This document shows, in pieces, positions 1-9,282 of a stretch of DNA of 64,000 nucleotides. The notes under the pieces were generated by a model. That model worked only from the letters and a program-made list of their open reading frames with translations, ran no database searches and was not told the origin of the DNA. Each line of letters begins with the position of its first letter. The stretch's first letter is position 1. Source of the DNA: Minisyncoccota bacterium (GTDB lineage: Bacteria > Patescibacteriota > Minisyncoccia > Phycocordibacterales > VMEP01); NCBI GenBank assembly GCA_041661305.1, contig JBAZUR010000001.1, positions 234,101-298,100 of the forward strand, written 5' to 3'. Made by a program: the position numbers and the translations under genes.

Positions 1-429
1 ATCTACTTGGGAAACGTAAATATCTTCAGGGCGTGTTCCACTCTTAAGCTCATCGAGTCTTGCTTGCTCAACCCTCACTGTCGCCTTGGCGCCTTCTAGT
101 TGGGCAGAAATATCAGCACTACTAACAGCAGCGATTGGTTCTCCTGCGTAAACGTGTTCGCCAACATCACGGTAGACCGCAATAACTCTCCCCCCTTTTT
201 CAAAAGAAAGATTTACGTCTTCGGCTGGCTTAACTTTGCCGGTAACAGAAACGATTTGAGATACCGTCCCCTTTTCCACGGTCGCATAATTTACAACTGG
301 GACCTCGGTCACGTTTTTGTATACAGAATAACCAACAAAAAGAGTGACGATGACGATGATAGCGGTCACCCAAGGTCGCCTAACTGAGAACGTTTTTATT
401 AAATTAAAATAGCGTAGAAAAAATGACAT
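1..429 (-). CDS. Efflux/secretion periplasmic adaptor (HlyD/MFP-like) protein, N-terminal part. The CDS runs off the window edge.
   Basis: Reverse-strand translation from the ATG at 429 gives MSFFLRYFNLIKTFSVRRPWVTAIIVIVTLFVGYSVYK... with a single N-terminal TM segment followed by a biotin-lipoyl-like beta region (EGAKATVRVEQARLDELK). This is typical of membrane fusion proteins. The ORF is open to position 1. Confidence 0.5.
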   Translation of the reverse strand, partial: MSFFLRYFNLIKTFSVRRPWVTAIIVIVTLFVGYSVYKNVTEVPVVNYATVEKGTVSQIVSVTGKVKPAEDVNLSFEKGGRVIAVYRDVGEHVYAGEPIAAVSSADISAQLEGAKATVRVEQARLDELKSGTRPEDIYVSQVD

Positions 430-519
430 TTCTTTGTTGAATTAGAAAAAACAAAGCGAATAATAGGTGAATTATATCATAAGTAGGAGTTTTGTTCACT
501 TCATTTTAGAATACATATT

Positions 520-1707
520 ATGCGTACTTCTTACTCAGCACTCGAAACATTCAAGACCTGCCCGCTGAAATACAAATATCAAGTTATTGAAAAACGCGGA
601 GCCCCAAAAAGAATTGAGGCAATTTTTGGAACCCTTGTTCATAGCGCCCTGAAGTTTATGTTTGAGCGCAACCCCCTATACCCCACACTAGATGAGGTTA
701 TTAATTTTTTTACAATAAAATTTAACGAAAAAGCTGATGGAGTTTTGTTTAATGATGAAAAAACCAAAGAAGCTGAAGAGAAAATGTACCTTGAAGAGGG
801 TGTGCGAATGTTGAAAAATTTCTATAAAAAAAATCAACCCTGGAATTTTAACGCACTCGAACTTGAAACGAGGTTTTCCTTGGATATAGAAGATGAAAAA
901 ACAAAACGCACCCACACGCTCGCCGGAATAATTGATCGCATCGACAAAAACGAGGAAAATGAGACGTACGAAATAATTGATTACAAAACCTCAAAAAAGA
1001 TGCCAGCGGAGTCAACGCTCGAAGAAAATTTACAGCTCAATTTGTATCATTTGGCGCTAACAAGGCGGTGGCCGTCAATAACATCTGGGAAAGTTAAGCT
1101 ATCACTCTATTTTTTGAAGCATAACGAAAAAATTTCATTAACCCCAAACCAAGCTGTAATCAAACGCGCGCAGGAAATGCTTCTTTCTACAATTCGTGAA
1201 GTAGAAGACAAAACAGAGAAAGACGATTTCCCACCTACACCAGGACCTTTGTGTAATTACTGTGGCTTCCGCCCTGTCTGTCCTATGTGGTCACACGAAT
1301 ACAAAGTCGAAAAAAATGAGCCTGACGAAAAAATGGTTTCTTCTGCAATTAGTGAATTCTTTGAACTAAAAGATAGTGAGGACAAAAATAAAGACAGACT
1401 CGGAGAGCTCAGAGAAATAATTATTGGTTATATGGATAAAGAAAAAGTAGAGCGTGTGTTTGGTGCTGACGGTTTTATCACGCGAACAAACCAAGAACGA
1501 GTCTCTTATGATTTAGAGAAGTTGCGCCCCACACTTGAAGCACATGGACATTGGCAAAAACTTCTTACGCCTGACGCAAAAAAGCTTGATGAAATTAACG
1601 CTGAACTTACCGAGGAGGAAATACTAGCCGTCAAAGAAGCACAAATTATAAAAAAGTTCGCAACCCTAAAATCAACAAAGAAAAAAGGGGCTGTTGAAGA
1701 AGAGTAA
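520..1707 (+). CDS. PD-(D/E)XK nuclease family protein (Cas4/RecB-exonuclease-like) with a C-terminal Cys cluster
   Basis: 395 aa. Motifs IIDRIDK...EIIDYKTSKK (D/E-x-K nuclease core) and C-terminal CNYCGFRPVCP, as in Cas4/AddB-type Fe-S nuclease domains. Confidence 0.65.
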   Translation: MRTSYSALETFKTCPLKYKYQVIEKRGAPKRIEAIFGTLVHSALKFMFERNPLYPTLDEVINFFTIKFNEKADGVLFNDEKTKEAEEKMYLEEGVRMLKNFYKKNQPWNFNALELETRFSLDIEDEKTKRTHTLAGIIDRIDKNEENETYEIIDYKTSKKMPAESTLEENLQLNLYHLALTRRWPSITSGKVKLSLYFLKHNEKISLTPNQAVIKRAQEMLLSTIREVEDKTEKDDFPPTPGPLCNYCGFRPVCPMWSHEYKVEKNEPDEKMVSSAISEFFELKDSEDKNKDRLGELREIIIGYMDKEKVERVFGADGFITRTNQERVSYDLEKLRPTLEAHGHWQKLLTPDAKKLDEINAELTEEEILAVKEAQIIKKFATLKSTKKKGAVEEE

Positions 1708-1714
1708 TTTTCTG

Positions 1715-2098
1715 TTAACTTGAAAGCCCTGGGCAATTTGCAGCAGGAGTATATCCAGCATTACGGGCCTCCTTTTCAGTTGAAAATGTTATCAAGTTTT
1801 GAGGGCTTATAGCAGAAGCGCCAGAGCACCACGGCAAAAAATACTTCTTACCGTTCTTTGAGGCAACAAAACCACTATCTACCTTTATCGAACTAATAGT
1901 GGCAGCTTTTTGCTCAAAACTGGCATTCTGTATTATTCTTACCGGCATTTTCAGCTCCTCAATTTTCGACAGCCTTCCCAAGCCAAACGACGCAAAAGCA
2001 ACCAAAATTATGGTAATTGCGGTAAATACTCCACGCTCCCCTAGCGTTCTAGCCAAATCCTTGATTTTTAGTAACAAATAATCTATAATCCGCATCAA
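1715..2098 (-). CDS. Hypothetical membrane-anchored protein with a C-terminal Cys-containing motif
   Basis: 127 aa. Has an N-terminal TM helix (FTAITIILVAFASFGLG) and a C-terminal KYFLPWCSGASAISPQNLITFSTEKEARNAGYTPAANCPG motif. Confidence 0.4.
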   Translation of the reverse strand: MMRIIDYLLLKIKDLARTLGERGVFTAITIILVAFASFGLGRLSKIEELKMPVRIIQNASFEQKAATISSIKVDSGFVASKNGKKYFLPWCSGASAISPQNLITFSTEKEARNAGYTPAANCPGLSS

Positions 2099-2154
2099 CG
2101 TAATCTTACCATAAGACCTTACGGGAAAAGGCTTTTTTAACTATTTAAAACAAT

Positions 2155-2427
2155 ATGGCAACACGAAAAGCTGGAGGTACAGCTAAAAACCTCAGAGATT
2201 CAAACGCAAAGTACTTAGGTACGAAGCTTCATGACGGCGAGACTGCAAAGTCTGGCTCTATTATTGTTCGTCAGCGCGGTACAAAAATCATGCCTGGAAA
2301 AAATGTTGGCCTCGGCAGTGATCATACTATTTTCGCCCTCAAAGACGGAAAAGTTAAATTCACATCAAAGAGAAAGGTTGGTTTCGATGGCGTAACATCT
2401 GTCAAAAAAGTTGTAAGCGTTATCTAG
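2155..2427 (+). CDS. rpmA: 50S ribosomal protein L27
   Basis: 90 aa. [16 protein letters not shown]...[34 protein letters not shown] is a canonical L27 signature. Confidence 0.9.
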   Translation: MATRKAGGTAKNLRDSNAKYLGTKLHDGETAKSGSIIVRQRGTKIMPGKNVGLGSDHTIFALKDGKVKFTSKRKVGFDGVTSVKKVVSVI

Positions 2428-2444
2428 TAAAAATTTATACTTGC

Positions 2445-2477
2445 AACAAAAAAAGGGCGATTGCCCTTTTTTTGTTT
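2445..2477. terminator. Bidirectional rho-independent terminator between rpmA (+) and rplI (-)
   Basis: Sequence AAAAAAAGGGCGATTGCCCTTTTTTTG: a GC hairpin flanked by an A-run and a T-run. Confidence 0.7.
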
Positions 2478-2495
2478 TCTTTTTTATGTAAAAGA

Positions 2496-2942
2496 TTATG
2501 CGAGGGTCTCGATAGTTAGCAAAACTTTTGCTTTCTTGTCTTTGATTGCAACTTCGATTGAAAATTCTCCAGTTTGACGAATTGGCTCTTCAAGTAAGAT
2601 CATTTCTGGTTTAACAGAAAGACGTGTTGTTTCAGCAATAGCCTTAGCAATCTCTTCTTTGTGAACTCCCGCAAACAAATGGCCGAGTTCATTAGCCTTC
2701 TCTTTCATAACAACCGCTACCCCGTTTAAATCCTGAATATTCTTTTCCAAAAGATCTTCCTGAATTTTTCGCTCAGATACTTCTGCTTTTTTCATAAGTT
2801 CAAGGCGAGCCAGTGCCTTATCGGTCGCAACCTCAACCAACTTCCTTGGAAAAAGGAAATTCTTAACAAAACCATCGGAAACCTCTTTCACTTCGTATTT
2901 CTTCCCCTGTCTTGGAACATCGTGTAAAAATATGACTTTCAT
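2496..2942 (-). CDS. rplI: 50S ribosomal protein L9
   Basis: 148 aa. MKVIFLHDVPRQGKKYEVKEVSDGFVKNFLFPRKLV is the typical L9 N-terminus. Confidence 0.85.
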   Translation of the reverse strand: MKVIFLHDVPRQGKKYEVKEVSDGFVKNFLFPRKLVEVATDKALARLELMKKAEVSERKIQEDLLEKNIQDLNGVAVVMKEKANELGHLFAGVHKEEIAKAIAETTRLSVKPEMILLEEPIRQTGEFSIEVAIKDKKAKVLLTIETLA

Positions 2943-2969
2943 GTATTTTGAATTGATTAGAGCGACAGT

Positions 2970-4190
2970 CTAGCTTTTTTTCAAAAGAATTTCAACTGCC
3001 TTCTCCATTTGAACGTCTTTACCAGCAATTAAGTCCTTTTCTGACGTAGTCGCAACAAACGTAGGGGTAATTCCGCCTTCAGAAATTGAAAGTCCATTTG
3101 GCGTGAGCCATCTTGCAATAGTTACCTTAAGTGACGTTTCTGGGGTTATTTTGACCAACTCCTGAACCGAACCCTTGCCAAAACTACGCTCCCCCACCAC
3201 AACAGCCTTTCCGTGCTCAAGAAGCGCGCCGGTCAAAATTTCTGAAGCTGAAGCTGATCCACGGTTTATTAAAATAACCATTTTCAATTTATCGTTAAAG
3301 ATGTCGTACCCTCGACTTCGATAAACTTCCTCCTCTTGATTTTTACCCAAATCTTCGCGAACGATTATCTTGCCTGCTGGTAAAAACCAACTAGCCATAT
3401 CAACAGCCGCCTCGAGATATCCGCCTGGGTTACCGCGCAAATCCAAGACGAGCTTATCACTACCAGACACAATAAATTCTCGCAAAGCCTTTGCGAATAA
3501 ATTTGGAGAATTTTCTGAAAAACTATACAGGCTAATAACAAAAACTCCATCATCTCTCAATTTAGTGTCAATTGTTGGAATATTTATCGTGTCTCTAGTT
3601 ATAGAAATTTCGATGGGCTTTGAATCACCGTTGCGAACAATAGAAAGTTTTACTGCCGTTCCTTTTTCTCCGCGAATTAATTTAACAGCGGCGTCTACTG
3701 CCATATCGGTAGTAATCTTGTCGTCAATCTTAAAAATTCTGTCACCAGCCCTAATGCCAGCCTTCTCTGCGGGCGAACCCTTAAGTGGCGAAACGACAGT
3801 CAAAACCTCATCACGCAAACCAATCTCCATACCAACTCCGCCAAACTCACCTTTTATGTCTTCCGCAAAAGCTTTTGATTCAACTGGTGGGAAAAATACA
3901 GTGTACGGATCGTCAAAAGATTTAGTAAGCCCAGAAATTGCACCCCAAACTTTTTCTTGGTCTGTTGGAATTTTCTTTTTTGAAACAAATTTTTCGTTCA
4001 AAACTGTCCAAGTCTTCCAGAAAGCTTCGAAGTCGGTCTCTATTCCCGCTGGTGCTGTTTTGTTTAATAGGGCAACTTCGTCAATGGAAGGGGAAGATTT
4101 TTTACCGAAATAAAATCCGGAACCAAAAACAACGACGAAGACAGCAACGACTAACGCGTAGTAAAAAGATTTTCGATAGCGTGAGAACAT
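2970..4190 (-). CDS. ctpA: Carboxyl-terminal processing protease (S41 family) with a PDZ domain
   Basis: 406 aa. N-terminal TM segment, GGVGMEIG and PDZ motif, GNPGGYL, and ASASEI catalytic serine region. Confidence 0.85.
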   Translation of the reverse strand: MFSRYRKSFYYALVVAVFVVVFGSGFYFGKKSSPSIDEVALLNKTAPAGIETDFEAFWKTWTVLNEKFVSKKKIPTDQEKVWGAISGLTKSFDDPYTVFFPPVESKAFAEDIKGEFGGVGMEIGLRDEVLTVVSPLKGSPAEKAGIRAGDRIFKIDDKITTDMAVDAAVKLIRGEKGTAVKLSIVRNGDSKPIEISITRDTINIPTIDTKLRDDGVFVISLYSFSENSPNLFAKALREFIVSGSDKLVLDLRGNPGGYLEAAVDMASWFLPAGKIIVREDLGKNQEEEVYRSRGYDIFNDKLKMVILINRGSASASEILTGALLEHGKAVVVGERSFGKGSVQELVKITPETSLKVTIARWLTPNGLSISEGGITPTFVATTSEKDLIAGKDVQMEKAVEILLKKS

Positions 4191-4303
4191 TTGTGGATTA
4201 TCTCACACCGAAACACCTCAGGTCAATTTTTTATAAAATTCATATTTAATTCCTTTTCTTTCTTCATTAAAACATAGTAATCTTTTTGTATTTAAACACT
4301 CTC

Positions 4304-4393
4304 AAAATACCTCCTAAAAACATTGCGCAGTGCGACGGCACGAGCATAGTAAATTTTCAGCAGAAAATTATACGCGTTTTTGGGAGGTATTTT
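4304..4393 (+). repeat. Copy A of the dispersed structured repeat family (AGCA-loop element)
   Basis: Outer 18-bp inverted repeat AAAATACCTCCTAAAAAC / GTTTTTGGGAGGTATTTT. Core CATTGCGCAGTGCGACGGCACGAGCATAG. Inner hairpin AATTTTC-AGCA-GAAAATT followed by TATACGCG. Related copies lie at 22699-22788, 22090-22220, 47631-47717, 13700-13850 and 40760-40850. Confidence 0.7.
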
Positions 4394-4464
4394 AAAAACA
4401 ATAAATAGAAACTTATTAAATCACTTGGATTAAGCGTGCAAACCGTTATATAATATCAAGAATT

Positions 4465-5379
4465 ATGCGGACCATATACAAATACAACAATGTAACTTGG
4501 ATAGATTTGGAGTCTCCAAATAAAGAAGAAATCCGGGAACTAATCGAGGAATATCAAGTTCATCCATTAGTTGCTGAGGAATTATTGGTTCCAACAATTC
4601 GCCCAAAGGTTGATTTGTATGATGATTGTATTTATTTAATACTCCACTTCCCTTCCGTGGTTCATTCACATTCAAGACATAAATCAAACGAAATTGATTT
4701 TATTATCGGGAAAAACTATATCGTCACAAATCACTACGAATCGATTGATGCAATTCATCAATTTTCAAAAATATTTGAGGTAAATTCAATTCTGAACAAA
4801 AGCAATATGGGAGACCATAGTGGCTATCTACTTTTTTATCTTCTCCGTGAGCTTTATAAAAACTTAATGGAGCAACTTTTTGACCTTGACCACAATCTAA
4901 AAAGTATCGAGGAAAGAATTTTCCGTGGCGAAGAAAGAGCAATGGTTAAAACAATTTCCCATATCAACCGGAAGCTACTAACCTTTAAGCAGGCTATTCA
5001 ATATCACAAAGGAGTGCTTGAATCGTTTGAAACTGCTGGACGACGTTTTTTTGGAGAAAATTTTGATTATCACCTACGCTCAATGCTTTCTGAGTATCAT
5101 AAGGTTTCTAGTACTCTTGAGGGTCACCGCGATACCGTCAACGAACTCCGCGACACAAACGACTCACTTCTTTCAAGTAAAACCAACGAGATTATGAAAA
5201 CTCTCACCATTATGGCTTTCATAATTTTGCCTATGACCTTTGTTGGACAAGTTTTCGGGGTTAGCTTACAAAATATCCCATTCCAAAATTCCCCTAATGG
5301 ATTTTGGATTGTAATCGGATTAATGGCATTCGTCGGAGTATTTGGCTTTTCAATATTTAAATATAAAAAATGGCTATAA
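4465..5379 (+). CDS. corA: CorA-family magnesium/cobalt transporter
   Basis: 304 aa. Cytoplasmic N-domain, then two C-terminal TM helices with MTFVGQVFGVSL at the position of the CorA GMN-loop. Confidence 0.7.
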   Translation: MRTIYKYNNVTWIDLESPNKEEIRELIEEYQVHPLVAEELLVPTIRPKVDLYDDCIYLILHFPSVVHSHSRHKSNEIDFIIGKNYIVTNHYESIDAIHQFSKIFEVNSILNKSNMGDHSGYLLFYLLRELYKNLMEQLFDLDHNLKSIEERIFRGEERAMVKTISHINRKLLTFKQAIQYHKGVLESFETAGRRFFGENFDYHLRSMLSEYHKVSSTLEGHRDTVNELRDTNDSLLSSKTNEIMKTLTIMAFIILPMTFVGQVFGVSLQNIPFQNSPNGFWIVIGLMAFVGVFGFSIFKYKKWL

Positions 5380-6761
5380 GAATTTACAACACTCTCATTC
5401 GCGACAAAGCCTTCTTTGAGCCTATTCACGAAGGTGAGGTTTATATGTATCACTGTGGGCCAACGGTATACGACTATGCCCATATTGGAAATATGCGAGC
5501 TTATGTTTTTGCTGATATTTTGCGAAGGACTTTTGAGTGGAATAAATACAAGGTTAAACAAATTATCAATATCACGGACGTTGGACACCCTTCTTCAGAT
5601 GAAGATGACGGAGAAGATAAGATAGAAACAGCTTCACAGCGTGAGCATAAATCCGCAGAAGAAGTCGCAAAATTTTATACAGATATTTTTTTTAGTGACT
5701 TAAAAAAGCTAAACGTAAATACAACAGATACTATTTTCCCAAGAGCTTCAGAACATATTCCAGAACAAATTGAATTGGTGCGAATCCTTGAAGAAAAAGG
5801 TTTTGCCTATAAGACAAGTAAGGGTATTTATTTTGACACAATGAAGTTTCCGGATTATGGAAAATTGGCCCTTTTAGATATAAAAAATTTGCGCGAAGGT
5901 GCTCGAGTTGAAATTAATCCTGAAAAAAGAAATCCTACAGATTTTTCACTTTGGAAATTCTCGCCTACCCCCGGGGTTCGTCAGCAAGAATGGGACTCAC
6001 CTTGGGGTATCGGATTTCCTGGTTGGCATATTGAATGCTCAGCAATGTCGATGAAGTATCTTGGCAATCATTTCGATATTCATACCGGAGGGGTTGACCA
6101 TATTTCTGTTCACCACACAAACGAAATCGCGCAGTCCGAAGCTGCTACAGGTGAACACCTCGCCAACTATTGGATGCATTCCGCGTTTCTAAGTATCGAT
6201 GGACAAAAGATGTCGAAGTCTATTGGAAATTTCACCACATTAACCGATATTGAAAAAAGTGGTATTTCCCCTCTCGCCTTTCGTTATTTTCTTTTGGGAA
6301 CAAACTACCGCATGCCTTTGAACTTCACGTGGTCAGCGCTTTCTGGTGCTGAAAAAGCTCTTCTGGGAATCTATCGCGAAGCTTCTCTTTTTCCAAAAGG
6401 TGGCACAGTCGACGAAGACTTCTCTTCTAGGTTTAAGGATGTTATCAACAATGACTTCAACACCCCCCAAGCGCTTGCTCTTATTTTTGAGCTTTTGAGA
6501 TCCCCTCTTCCGCCAGAAACAAAGTTCGCAACCCTTCTTGAATTTGATAAAGTTTTGGGGCTTGATATTGAAAATAGCCAAGTAGTCACAACGATTCCAG
6601 ACGAAGAAGTACCCATTCCTGTTAAAAATCTTATAGACGAAAGAGAGATCGCTAGAGCAAAGAAAGATTTCGAGAGATCAGACCTTATTCGTACAGAAAT
6701 AGCCAAATTAGGCTATCTTGTTGATGATTCTGCTGAAGGCCCTAAAGTGACCAAAAAATAG
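5370..6761 (+). CDS. cysS: Cysteinyl-tRNA synthetase
   Basis: 463 aa. CGPTVYDYAHIGN (HIGH region), KMSKSIGN (KMSKS motif) and zinc-binding Cys/His pattern. Confidence 0.9.
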   Translation: MAIRIYNTLIRDKAFFEPIHEGEVYMYHCGPTVYDYAHIGNMRAYVFADILRRTFEWNKYKVKQIINITDVGHPSSDEDDGEDKIETASQREHKSAEEVAKFYTDIFFSDLKKLNVNTTDTIFPRASEHIPEQIELVRILEEKGFAYKTSKGIYFDTMKFPDYGKLALLDIKNLREGARVEINPEKRNPTDFSLWKFSPTPGVRQQEWDSPWGIGFPGWHIECSAMSMKYLGNHFDIHTGGVDHISVHHTNEIAQSEAATGEHLANYWMHSAFLSIDGQKMSKSIGNFTTLTDIEKSGISPLAFRYFLLGTNYRMPLNFTWSALSGAEKALLGIYREASLFPKGGTVDEDFSSRFKDVINNDFNTPQALALIFELLRSPLPPETKFATLLEFDKVLGLDIENSQVVTTIPDEEVPIPVKNLIDEREIARAKKDFERSDLIRTEIAKLGYLVDDSAEGPKVTKK

Positions 6762-6855
6762 CTAAATTGGCTATTTTTATCCCCCACATACACACAGCTT
6801 AGCCCCAAACGTGACTTAAACTACCTGGGCGACAATGTGCTAATATGGAGCAACT

Positions 6856-8226
6856 ATGGCACAACTAAAAGGAAGTTCTGTTCGTGTTCCCCCACAAAAT
6901 ATTGACTCCGAGAGAGCTCTTCTTGGTGCAATAATGGTTCGATCAGATGCAATCAACGAGATTGTTGATTCTATAGAACCGGAATCTTTTTACGCTGAAA
7001 AACACCGCATAATTTACAATGCAATTCGAGAACTTTTTGCCAGAAATGAACCAATCGACGTAATTACTGTTTCTTCCAGACTAAACGACAAGAATGACCT
7101 AGAACGTATTGGTGGTCGTGCATACCTTATTGAATTAATTAATACCGTCCCTTCAACGTCAAACGTTTTACACTATGCCAATCTTGTCGACAAGACGAGT
7201 ATCTTGCGCAGACTAATCGACGCCGCAGATCATATTTCTGATTTGGGCTTTACTGAATCAAAAGAACTTGATCAAGTTTTAGACGAAGCAGAGAAAAAAA
7301 TATTCGGCATCACCAATTCCCCAAAGGTTCACAAATTCGTTAATATCAAAGACACTTTGACTGAGGCGTGGGAAAGACTGGATCATCTAAATAAGTCTGG
7401 CGACGAAATTCGCGGTGTCCCAACTGGATTTCCAGACCTTGATGCAAAAACTGCTGGTTTCCAAAAGTCTGACCTAATCATTCTCGCGGCTCGCCCATCA
7501 ATGGGTAAAACTGCTTTAGCTCTCGATATCGCAAGACTCGCCTCTACTCGTCACAATATCCCGGTTGGAATTTTTTCTCTTGAAATGAGCGCACATCAAC
7601 TCACCGACCGTATGCTTGCCGCCGAATCCCGCGTTGACGCATGGAAACTACGCACCGGCAAAATTAGCGCCGATGAAGATTTTTCTCGTTTACGCGACGC
7701 AATGAGTGTTCTTTCAAAAGCCCCTATCTATATCGACGACCAAGCCGGTAACTCCATTCTTAAAATGCGTTCTGTTGCACGTAGATTAAAAAGCGAACAT
7801 GGTCTCGGCCTTATCATTGTCGACTACCTCCAACTCATGACCACCTCAAAAAATTACGATTCTATGGTCAACCAAGTGACTGAGATCTCTCGCTCCCTAA
7901 AGAGCCTCGCTCGCGAGCTAGATATTCCAGTCCTCGCACTTTCTCAGCTCTCACGTGCCGTTGAATCACGCGGCGGACGCCCTCGCCTTTCCGACCTCCG
8001 TGACTCCGGTTCTATTGAACAGGATGCTGACTTGGTTATGTTTATTCACCGCGAAGACAAGTACAAAGATGATTCCGAGCGACCAAATATTGCTGAAATT
8101 CTTATCGAAAAACATCGAAATGGTCCAACAGGTAAAATTGAATTGTATTTCGATGACAAAAAAACAACCTTCCTCCCTGTTGATAAGGGCGACTACGCAA
8201 CACTTAGTAAGGATGATGACTTTTAA
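6856..8226 (+). CDS. dnaB: Replicative DNA helicase DnaB
   Basis: 456 aa. N-terminal ERALLGAIM, Walker A ARPSMGKT, then RecA-like C-domain motifs. No intein. Confidence 0.9.
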   Translation: MAQLKGSSVRVPPQNIDSERALLGAIMVRSDAINEIVDSIEPESFYAEKHRIIYNAIRELFARNEPIDVITVSSRLNDKNDLERIGGRAYLIELINTVPSTSNVLHYANLVDKTSILRRLIDAADHISDLGFTESKELDQVLDEAEKKIFGITNSPKVHKFVNIKDTLTEAWERLDHLNKSGDEIRGVPTGFPDLDAKTAGFQKSDLIILAARPSMGKTALALDIARLASTRHNIPVGIFSLEMSAHQLTDRMLAAESRVDAWKLRTGKISADEDFSRLRDAMSVLSKAPIYIDDQAGNSILKMRSVARRLKSEHGLGLIIVDYLQLMTTSKNYDSMVNQVTEISRSLKSLARELDIPVLALSQLSRAVESRGGRPRLSDLRDSGSIEQDADLVMFIHREDKYKDDSERPNIAEILIEKHRNGPTGKIELYFDDKKTTFLPVDKGDYATLSKDDDF

Positions 8227-8232
8227 TTATCT

Positions 8233-8847
8233 ATGGATGCTCGAGAAAAACTAGAACGTCTTTTTGCAATGTTCCCCGGCATAGGTCCACGTCAGGCTAA
8301 GAGATTTGTATATTTTCTTCTAACTCGAAATAGTAATTTTATCTCGGAACTTTCTTTAGCCCTCGCAGATGTAAAGAAAAATGTTTCTCAGTGCGCTTCT
8401 TGCTATAGATTTTTCCCTAGCGACACGAATACAATGTGTCAGATATGTCGTGGTGCAAACACCGACCAGAGCACTGTCCTTGTTGTTGAAAAAGATGTTG
8501 ATTTTGAAAACGTAAATAAAAGTGGTTTCTATAATGGTCGTTTCTTTATCCTCGGCGGACTACTCCCAATCCTCGAAGAAGAGCCTGCTAAAAAAATCCG
8601 AGCTCGCGAGCTAGTTGCAGAAATTGAGCGCCAAGCAAAACTCGGAGCTCTTAAAGAAATAATTATCGCCCTTTCGCTAAATCCCGAAGGTGAAAATACC
8701 TATCAATATGTTAAGCGCATTCTCGAACCAGTCACACAAAAATATTCTATTAGTTTAAGTACTCTTGGGCGCGGTCTTTCCACTGGTTCCGAACTCGAAT
8801 ACTCAGACGGAGAAACACTTAAATACGCAATCGAAAATAGAAAATAA
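8233..8847 (+). CDS. recR: Recombination protein RecR
   Basis: 204 aa. HhH N-terminus, C4 zinc finger (CASCYRF...CQIC) and Toprim domain. Confidence 0.9.
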   Translation: MDAREKLERLFAMFPGIGPRQAKRFVYFLLTRNSNFISELSLALADVKKNVSQCASCYRFFPSDTNTMCQICRGANTDQSTVLVVEKDVDFENVNKSGFYNGRFFILGGLLPILEEEPAKKIRARELVAEIERQAKLGALKEIIIALSLNPEGENTYQYVKRILEPVTQKYSISLSTLGRGLSTGSELEYSDGETLKYAIENRK

Positions 8848-8878
8848 AAAAAATCCGCCATCAGCGGATTTTTTTTTA
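8846..8878. terminator. Bidirectional rho-independent terminator between recR (+) and rplU (-)
   Basis: Sequence AAAAAAATCCGCCATCAGCGGATTTTTTTTT. Confidence 0.75.
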
Positions 8879-9235
8879 TTTTATCTTCTCTATAGCAACC
8901 TTGAAAAATGGCTGGCGATGTCCTCTAATCTTCAAATAGCGACTCTTGGCCTTGTATTTCATCACCTCTACTTTCTTTGCCTTTCCAATTTCTTTCAATA
9001 CTCCGGTCACTTTTGCTTCTTTTATATATGGAGTTCCGATGGTTGTATCTTTGCCGTCATCAACGAGCAAAACCTTATCAAAGACGATAGCCTCGCCCTC
9101 TTTGTGCTCACCATCCATTATTTCAATAGTAACAACATCGCCAACCGCAACGCGATATTGCTTTCCACCAGTCTTTATTACGGCAAATTCACTTGATTCT
9201 GCCTTCTTTCCTGCGGTTTTCTTGGTTACAGCCAT
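8876..9235 (-). CDS. rplU: 50S ribosomal protein L21
   Basis: The ATG at 9235 gives MAVTKK...FAVIKTGGKQYRVAVGDVV, the L21 signature. The longer GTG-initiated ORF to 9289 is rejected. A TTGCGT-16-TAAAAT promoter-like element lies just upstream on the minus strand. Confidence 0.85.
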   Translation of the reverse strand: MAVTKKTAGKKAESSEFAVIKTGGKQYRVAVGDVVTIEIMDGEHKEGEAIVFDKVLLVDDGKDTTIGTPYIKEAKVTGVLKEIGKAKKVEVMKYKAKSRYLKIRGHRQPFFKVAIEKIK

Positions 9236-9282
9236 GACAGAGTATTTTACATAAAACGAGTAAAAACGCAAGATTACCGTTG

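Noticed and set aside
100-387. Plus-strand 95-aa ORF at the window start
   Set aside because: It lies antisense to a much more convincing minus-strand HlyD/MFP-like CDS (1-429). The plus ORF has no RBS and a low-complexity composition (DDDDDS).
3370-4113. 247-aa plus-strand ORF and other antisense ORFs inside ctpA
   Set aside because: It is fully embedded antisense in the well-supported S41 protease gene. It is Ser/Pro-rich, as is typical of antisense translation of coding DNA.
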